DNA from: Paramoeba atlantica
Lineage: Eukaryota; Protista; Discosea
Reading direction: 5' to 3'
NCBI GenBank assembly: GCA_977017575.1
Contig: CDRNVI010000002.1
Span: 496,001 to 560,000 of the forward strand
DNA: 64,000 nt
How positions within the stretch are numbered: the first letter of the stretch is position 1; the number at the start of each line of letters is the position of its first letter. Of the stretch, positions 57,051-64,000 are shown piece by piece. The notes beneath the pieces were generated by a model. It saw nothing but the letters and a program-made list of their open reading frames with translations, was not told the DNA's origin and ran no database searches. The translations under genes and the position numbers were made by a program.

Positions 57051-57104
57051 AAGGTACAGAAACTGTATCTTTAACGATAAAGATACAGTTTCTGTACCTT
57101 GTTG
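57051..57104 (+). other. SL exon (57069-57104) with perfect fold-back hairpin
   Basis: AAGGTACAGAAACTGTATCTTTA-ACGA-TAAAGATACAGTTTCTGTACCTT. Confidence 0.88.
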
Positions 57105-57223
57105 AAATTTAGGATGATTGATATAATGGCCCTTCGGGGCACATAATATTTATATCTAAACATGAAGCAATCAAACACTCACGAAACTCAAATCTGACCA
57201 CAGCAAATAGATCACGAGCTAGT

Positions 57224-58604
57224 ATGCTGGCTGAGAGCCAAAAGAAAGAAGTCTCCCGAAAATGTAGAGCCGCCAGACGACAGTACCACGCCCGACAAGC
57301 ATCCCAGCTGGAGAGCGCAAGACAGCGATGTAATCACTTCGAAATATTTAAAACAGCCAATGAAATATGCGACACACAGATTTCCCGGCAGGATAATGCT
57401 CCGCTGGAAAATAAAAAGGGTCAATTAATAAATGAGGCACAAGGAAAAGCTGAAATCTTTGCGTCATATTTCGAAGAGTTATATAGCGTAAAGAAACCTA
57501 AACTAAACTTGGAACAAGTACAAGAAGACCTTGCAAGCATAAAACACCCGAATATTGGCGAATGCGTTCTGAAAACTGAACTGATAGACAATGAGATGCC
57601 GCCCACAGACAGTGAAATAACAGCCGCTATAAGGGATCTTAAGACGAGGAAATCAGCAGGAGCAGACAAAGTGACTCCTGAGCATTTCAAATGCATAGGA
57701 ATAAACACAGTGAACTGGTTTTCTGAAATTGTACGCATGTGCTGGAATAACTCACAGGTACCCTCTGACTGGCTGCAATCAGATCTTTACCCGATCTTTA
57801 AAAATGCTGCCCAATCAAAGCAAGGAAACGAGCGCACAAAGGTAAATTCGTATAGGGGCATCTCGTTAAATAGCGTGGCATCGAAAATTTTTGCCAACGT
57901 GCTTTTGAACAGAGCAAATCCCTGCATAGAACGACGTCTGCACGATTTACAGAACGGCTTCCGGAAAAACAGAGGAACTGACGACGCTATATTCATACTA
58001 CGGCGGGTAACAGAAGAACTAAAAAGAAATCGGACACCACTCTATATTGCGTATATAGACATTATGAAAGCATATGATAGTCTACCGCGAGAAGTCGTAT
58101 GGGAAGTATGTGAAAAGTTCAATATTCGGGGTAAACTTCTTATGGCCATCAAAGCACTGTATAGAGGAACAAATTCGTGTATTCGATTAGGGGGGGACAC
58201 CAGGAGCCGCCGATTTAAAATTCTAAATGGGCTTAAATGAGATTTAAATTCTAAATGGGCTTAAGCAAGGATGTCCGTTAAGCTGTGTACTGTTTAATGC
58301 AGTTCTGGACTGCGTCATAAGGAGAGCTCAACAAATTAAGAGCATAGGAGTAGAAATGAACTGGCGACTACCAAACGGACGTTCCCACTGCGGTGAAAAG
58401 GTACGTGGTCTGGATAAGATAGAATCGATTGCATACGCAGATGACATTGTTCTAATGTCAGACGAAAAGCACTTACTACAAAGCAGTCTGCAGACGCACT
58501 CAGACGTTATGGCTTCATGGGGGTTAACTATCAATACGGACAAGACAAAGACTCAAGTCATTCAGCCGCAAAACACAAGCGAATATATTACATTAAGTTT
58601 GTAT
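57224..58604 (+). pseudogene. RT fragment of an RTE-like LINE, frameshifted by a short tandem duplication near 58213-58265
   Basis: KSAGAD, YRGISL, QNGFR, DIMKAYDS, (GL)KQGCPLS, AYADD. Confidence 0.85.
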
Positions 58605-59294
58605 TCTCGAATCAAAACACTTTCTAGCACACTTGCTCGGTTGCGTTAAATGCACAGGCGCAAATGCGACAACGCGACATCATGCTCTCGTTCGTCATAT
58701 TTACGACCTCTGTCTTCAGACCGGAGTCCCATGCGAGCGGGAACCGAGACAATTCACCACTTATCGATGCCTGAAATGTAATGAATCGGTGAATGAACAG
58801 CGCAAACATGAACATCAGAAAAAGTGTGGAACCGCATCATTCCATCGCAGCGGACCAGACTTAGCAATTTACTGGGCGTCCGGTGAGATATTCTATGACC
58901 TCACCATCATAAATTAAATATCCAAGACGAATCTCGTTAAACGGAGCAATCAGCTAATGCAGGAAGCCGAAAAACGCAAAGTCGACACGTATGTTAACTC
59001 GGATCTAATACCTCATGAAAAATTTACATGCGTATCAATACTCGCCGGAGGAGCAATGAACAAAAGTGGCCTGGCTCTCCTGAAATCTCTGGCCGATGCT
59101 AGCGGGCGTGATCGCGATATCGTTGTGCAAGATTTCATAATGCACCTCCAGGAGTTAAACGGCACTGTGCTGTGTTCTCAAATGAGCAAAGCACTATCGT
59201 AGGTCAAATATTAAATATATAGAATTATAAGATTTAGCTTACAAAGACGCGTAAGCTTAGTTAGAACTACCCCCATACAATGGGGGGTAGCGCC
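58605..59294 (+). repeat. Inverted near-identical copy of the CRE 3' end at about 36010-36698, with a new in-frame stop at 58915
   Basis: Reverse-complement match; translations identical except at a few sites. Confidence 0.88.
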
Positions 59295-59506
59295 AATACG
59301 AAATACTTATAGACATTTCTAGGTTAGCGTATTTATTTATCTATTTATTTATTCATTTACTTGTAAGTTCTGTTCTAGTTATTTTTGGAGGTAGTTTCTC
59401 TCACGAGAGAAGGGGGGAAGGTGATGTTTCGCCCGTGGCTTCCTGTCATAGGATTTCACAGGAGAAATGCCTCCAAGAAAATGAGTATTAAAAAAAAAAA
59501 AAATGG

Positions 59507-59927
59507 CCCCGTCGGCCAGCATCCTGTTTCGTGACCGTGTCGCTGTCGACACAGGCCCGCGCCTGCGCCCTCCCGTATAGCAAGGGAAGGGTTCACAAGT
59601 CAGGCCGTGGAGTGGTCGAAAGACCCGGTCCGGGACGCGCGAATGGATTGGGTCTGGATTGCTTGTTTTTATTTTTACTTTGTCTTATTTGTCGTATATA
59701 CTTAGGGGAGATTGAATTGCTAGTTTTGGGCTGAGAAAAAAGAAAAAGAAAATATACTTCTGTGGAAATGAAAAGAATTGCTAATTTGATTGCTTGTTTT
59801 AAATTCATATACCCCCCTAATGGACCTACTATGTACTTGGTTCGTCTACTGGGTCAAATTATAGAGGCAATGCCGCGATTCATACTTCTCCCCCCTTATT
59901 AATTGCAAAAAAAAAAAAAAAAAAAAA
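59507..59927 (+). mobile_element. Short polyA-tailed element with a structured 5' core
   Basis: Homolog of 13033-13470 and of the CRE-B 3'UTR at 62941-63073. Confidence 0.75.
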
Positions 59928-59963
59928 CACATCCCAAATTGCTGCAAGGCGGAATGGTCTCGA

Positions 59964-62795
59964 GTGTTTACCTCATGCTTGAATGCAGCCATGCTGGATA
60001 ACACGTTGGAGGCTTGGACCCGCCTCGCTATGCTTCCTAAATGCGTACTCCCAGCCCCACACCGGGGCGGTAGCGGGAACAAAACCTCTTATGCGTCTTT
60101 CGTTCGTAAAAGCCTAGCTAGATGGAACCAACAAGAGTATTCGTCCCTCTGGAGCGACGCCATATCCAGTCTACGGCGCAAACGCAAACCCCAGACCCAG
60201 GCATCCAGTTTAGAGGAAGACGAAAAAAGGGCAGCACTACGAGCTGAGCGACTCGTTCGAGACAGAGAACTGTCACGTGCCATGACAGCACTGACCTCCG
60301 AACCACTCGCTCCCAACGACGACGCCACATACGCCAAACTTGTAAGCAAACATCCCTCGCGACTAGCGGAAGAACGCCCGAATATTCAACCTTCCCCCCT
60401 CCCCGTGAATCCGCTAAAGGCCACAGAAGAAGACATAACCGCGGCTCTCTCAAGCTTCCACCGTGGCTCCTCCGGTGGGGCATTTGGCCTCCGGCCCGAG
60501 CACGTGCAAATTGCAACGGAATACCACAACGACGAACGCACAAACCCCTTGGGAACACTTACGAAGTTTACGAACCATCTCCTTTCCGGGAGAGCCCCGG
60601 AGGAGGTCCAGCCATACTTCGCCGGAGGACGATTGTGCGCACTTCATAAGGGGGAGCACGATGTACGACCCATTGCTGCTGGAGAAACCCTCCGGCGCCT
60701 GGCAAGCAAAGTTGCATGTCTTTCCGTCAAAGAAAAAGCCCGAAAGCTCTTTAGTGGGCATCAGTTTGGTGTTGCCATACCAGCAGGGATCGACCGGGTC
60801 ATACATTTGTGTCGTCTAACGATGGCGGAACACTGTGCCGACGAGGATTTTGTTTTCTGCATAGTTGACCTCCGGAATGCATTCAATCACGTGTCGCGTA
60901 ACTGTTTTATTTCGCTTACACGCAAACATTTTCCCGAACTCAGCGCCTTTGTCGAATGGTGCTACGCCACCGACAGTAGTCTCACGTTCGGGGATCGAAC
61001 AGTCACCTCCTCCGAAGGTGTCCAACAGGGAGATCCACTAGGTCCCTTCCTATTCTCCTTGGTAATGAAACAAGTATACCTAAAGATCCATGATGCGGCC
61101 CCAAAACTAGACTTAAACATGTGGTATCTGGACGACGGAACTCTTTCGGGAAGATCTTCAGATGTAAGGCACGCGCTCGACGCAATTGCCATCGAAGGTC
61201 CCAAATGGGGATTACATCTTAACTCCTCCAAATGTGAACTCATTACCAATCCTGCGGCCTCGGATCGACTAGATCTCTTCCCAGATATTCCGGGTCTAAA
61301 CAAGAAGTCGGAAGGCAACCTTGACATCCTAGGCAGCCCCATCGGATCCACGCCCCACTGTCGCCGATACCTTATAGACAACGCGGTCAGCCTAGCTGAG
61401 GAGTCCCTTGACGCGATCGAAAAGCTGGAAGATCCACAGGTAGCCTTATCTCTCATCCGTCATTGTACCGGATTCTGTCAAATGGTGCATACACTTCGAA
61501 CTACACCCGCAACAGAGCTACAGGACCTCTGCCAACGCCTAGATAATGCAGTCCAGCACGCAGCAGAGCGTTTCGTTGGTCCCTTGAGTGGCGCTGCTCG
61601 ACGACAGGCGCAACGTGACAAGAGGTATGGGGGGTTTGGACTGCGCTCAGCGGAATCGCATGCCACATCAGCCTACGTATCGTCAGTCGCTTCCGCATCC
61701 TCTAAGGATCGTTGGGACCCAATGCAAGCCCAAGGCTTCGAGTCGGCAGTACGGGATGTGAATAGTAGTGCAGGATACGACCTCGTTTCTAACTCCGGGA
61801 GAATTATAAAGCCCCCTTCCCCCTCCTCACCGGAACAATCGTACCCCGAGAGCACACGCTCTGATGAAGATATCCCGGACGCAGCCCACCCAAGCGAATC
61901 ACTTAACACAGAATCCCGCCCCAAACTGGTAATCCCCCGCCAGCGCGAGCTAAGCCAGGCGATTTCCTCTCATGAATATGAGCTGGAATACGCGAAAGCT
62001 GATGCCAGAACCAGAGCCAGATGGGTTTCCCAAACGGGGAATGGCGCATCGGAGTGGGCGTTCGTAACCCCATCAAAGAACAACGGTCATGCGTTCACCC
62101 CCACCGAATTTCGCATCCTAACCCGGTGGTGGCTCGGTAACGACGTTTACCCAAAGGCCAGGCCCTGTCCTATGGACAAATGTGGATTGCCATTGGGCCC
62201 TGAAGGAGACCACGCCCTTTCTTGTAAGAGTGGGCACGGTATCATTGCCCGACACAACGCTCTCGCTCGACAATTTTCCCTAGACTGCAACAGGTCTGGG
62301 CTGACAACGAAGCGTGAAGTCAGCCTAGATAATACGGGCCCAGGGGGTGGTCGGACCCGACCGGCCGATGTGTTTATTAAAGAGTTTTGCCTTGGCCAGG
62401 GTCTGGTCCTTGATTTCGCCGTCACCAATGTTCAGCAAACGAAGTATACGGACTTGGTCCGTGATGCTAACTTGGTTGAGGCGGGATCCTTCGCCGAAAG
62501 ATACGCGACAGAGCATAAGCAGAAACAAAGGGAAGAAGCCGAAGCGGCCAAGCTCAGATTCGCCGCCATGGCTGTCGAATCGTATGGATCTTGGTCCCCA
62601 AGCGCTATGGCCGTCATTCGAGATTTATCGGTCAACCGGTCACTCCAATCCGCGAACCTATCCAAAGCAGACGCATTACACGCACTGTTAACTGCCCTGA
62701 ACATTACCTTGATGAGATCACAAGCGCGAATGATGGTGCTGCGCTCTCCTCCCACCCCCGATTCAGACCTCGTAGGCTACGGCTCCGAGCTTTGA
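59964..62795 (+). CDS. CRE/SLACS-like (family B) RT-RLE ORF, 5'-truncated element
   Basis: VRPIAAGE, VDLRNAFN, GVQQGDPLGP, WYLDDG, GGFGLRSA, C..GHGIIARHN, RPADV, DFAVT. Confidence 0.93.
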   Translation: MFTSCLNAAMLDNTLEAWTRLAMLPKCVLPAPHRGGSGNKTSYASFVRKSLARWNQQEYSSLWSDAISSLRRKRKPQTQASSLEEDEKRAALRAERLVRDRELSRAMTALTSEPLAPNDDATYAKLVSKHPSRLAEERPNIQPSPLPVNPLKATEEDITAALSSFHRGSSGGAFGLRPEHVQIATEYHNDERTNPLGTLTKFTNHLLSGRAPEEVQPYFAGGRLCALHKGEHDVRPIAAGETLRRLASKVACLSVKEKARKLFSGHQFGVAIPAGIDRVIHLCRLTMAEHCADEDFVFCIVDLRNAFNHVSRNCFISLTRKHFPELSAFVEWCYATDSSLTFGDRTVTSSEGVQQGDPLGPFLFSLVMKQVYLKIHDAAPKLDLNMWYLDDGTLSGRSSDVRHALDAIAIEGPKWGLHLNSSKCELITNPAASDRLDLFPDIPGLNKKSEGNLDILGSPIGSTPHCRRYLIDNAVSLAEESLDAIEKLEDPQVALSLIRHCTGFCQMVHTLRTTPATELQDLCQRLDNAVQHAAERFVGPLSGAARRQAQRDKRYGGFGLRSAESHATSAYVSSVASASSKDRWDPMQAQGFESAVRDVNSSAGYDLVSNSGRIIKPPSPSSPEQSYPESTRSDEDIPDAAHPSESLNTESRPKLVIPRQRELSQAISSHEYELEYAKADARTRARWVSQTGNGASEWAFVTPSKNNGHAFTPTEFRILTRWWLGNDVYPKARPCPMDKCGLPLGPEGDHALSCKSGHGIIARHNALARQFSLDCNRSGLTTKREVSLDNTGPGGGRTRPADVFIKEFCLGQGLVLDFAVTNVQQTKYTDLVRDANLVEAGSFAERYATEHKQKQREEAEAAKLRFAAMAVESYGSWSPSAMAVIRDLSVNRSLQSANLSKADALHALLTALNITLMRSQARMMVLRSPPTPDSDLVGYGSEL

Positions 62796-63265
62796 GAACT
62801 ACGTGATTCTCGCCCCCCCCCCATTCACCAGCCTGAACCCGTCGGGTGTTGGTCGAGTCGGCAGGACCTATACTCACACCTAGCCCCCGTCGGCTAGGTA
62901 CCCCAAGTGAGGTAGTGCCCGGGGAGGGGACCCTGCCCCTCCCCGTCGGCCACCACCTGGTTCTGTGACTGTTCCGCTGCCGGCGGAGGCCCATTGCTTG
63001 CGCCCTCTCGTACAACAAGAGCAGGGTTACCAAGGCAAGCTGGGAGAGGTCGAAAGACCCGGTCCAGAACACGTAAGGAAGGTTTTCCCTGGGCCGACTC
63101 CTAGCAAAAGCGCAGGGAGTCCTCAACCTCCCCAATGAGTTTGGAAGTCGAGTGAGGAAAGCGAAGGGAAGTAAAGGAAAGGAACGAAAAGGAAAAGCAA
63201 AGGGAGGTAAAGAAAGGGAGGTAAAGGAAGTAAAAGGAAAGAAAGAAGTCGTGAAAAAAAAAAAA
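62796..63265 (+). other. Structured GC-rich 3'UTR, purine-rich tail and polyA of CRE-B
   Basis: Several hairpins, e.g. GGGGAGGGG-ACCCTG-CCCCTCCCC; A-tract near 63256. Confidence 0.7.
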
Positions 63266-63366
63266 TAGAATATATTTTAGAAGTATTCTACTCCATTAAA
63301 AACGTACTGTTGCATCGGTTCTTTGCCTATATCCTTGAACGTTACTAAAAAAAAAAAAAAAAAAAA

Positions 63367-64000
63367 GTGTCCTTTGGATGATGTTTCCAGGTCCCAGGCA
63401 CAGCGACTGAAGAAACATGGGGGATTTGGCATTCGTTCATCCGAGCTACATGCCTCCGGGGCTTATATTTCTTCAGTGACATTCGGCGCCAAGCAAGACT
63501 CCTGGGAACCGCAAGGAGCAGAAGGTTTCGAAGATGCAGTTCATGACTTCAACAACGCACTAGGCATCACGGTACTTGACCGGACCACAGGATCTATCAC
63601 CAACAGCCAACAAGATAATCGCCCAACGAGTAACGACATCGAGGCGGATTTACCGGAAGGAACCTATGCCTCGGAGAAATACACAGTACCACGGCAAAAA
63701 CAGTTAAGCCACATTATTTCAGAACACGAATTCGGGCAAGCATTTTACAACGCAGACATTAAGACCCGAACTCGCTGGATTTCACAGTCTGGCAAGGGAG
63801 CTGGGGACTGGGCATTTTCCACTCCATCCAAAGACCTTGGTTTTGCTTTCACACCAGCTGAATTCCGCGCACTGGTAAGGTGGTGGCTCGGAGCACAACT
63901 TGTACCCAGCGTCCAACCATGTCCCATGGAAAAATGTAAAATGTCTATCGGACTCGATGGGGACCACGCTCTAGTGTGCAAATCTGGACATGGCATCATG
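63367..64000 (+). pseudogene. Fragment of a second CRE-B subfamily (runs off the window)
   Basis: GGFGIRSSELHASGAY...RWISQSGKGAGDWAF...CKSGHG. Confidence 0.85.

Larger units (their letters stand above)
48774..57192 (+). repeat. Second copy of an 8.4-kb tandem segmental duplication (first copy 38671-48773)
   Basis: Offset 10103 before and about 8420 after the 44446 insertion; about 7 substitutions seen. Confidence 0.95.

Noticed and set aside
14218-57104. SL RNA gene array
   Set aside because: None of the four SL copies is followed by a GT donor or a shared intron; downstream sequences differ
1167-63999. Numerous 60-200-aa antisense or alternate-frame ORFs
   Set aside because: Shadows of TE ORFs with no recognisable motifs
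1-64000. Whole window as a WGA or cDNA-ligation chimera
   Set aside because: Several insertions have TSDs with restorable target ORFs, one empty site is present, and copies are diverged; not fully excluded without raw reads

Overview
This is eukaryotic DNA, most likely from a euglenozoan (kinetoplastid- or diplonemid-like). The evidence is four copies of a spliced-leader (SL)-type sequence, CTTTAACGATAAAGATACAGTTTCTGTACCTTGTTG, which carries the kinetoplastid ACAGTTTCTGTAC core and the terminal TTG. I find no ordinary housekeeping gene. The window is a nest of mobile DNA: (i) many pieces of CRE/SLACS-like non-LTR retrotransposons (RT plus restriction-like endonuclease, RLE) in two distinct families; (ii) APE-RT(-RNase H) LINEs; (iii) tyrosine-recombinase (YR) retrotransposons with gag-YR-RT/RH order as in VIPER/TATE; (iv) a 1.07-kb TIR element with a 9-bp TSD; (v) a tRNA-headed SINE-like insert; (vi) 17-18-nt AAGAC(Y)n arrays; (vii) an 8.4-kb tandem duplication. 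Main novel-looking signals: three divergent YR families share a -1 slippery heptamer plus stem leading from gag into an RT frame overprinted on the whole YR gene, and an in-frame gag stop directly before YR (candidate frameshift plus readthrough). TSD-flanked insertions are concatemers of several polyadenylated or SL-capped RNAs, which points to a template-jumping RT. One Tudor-like barrel appears in all three retroelement classes. A covarying structured RNA sits in the CRE 3' region. All alignments and folds were done by eye, with no database searches.
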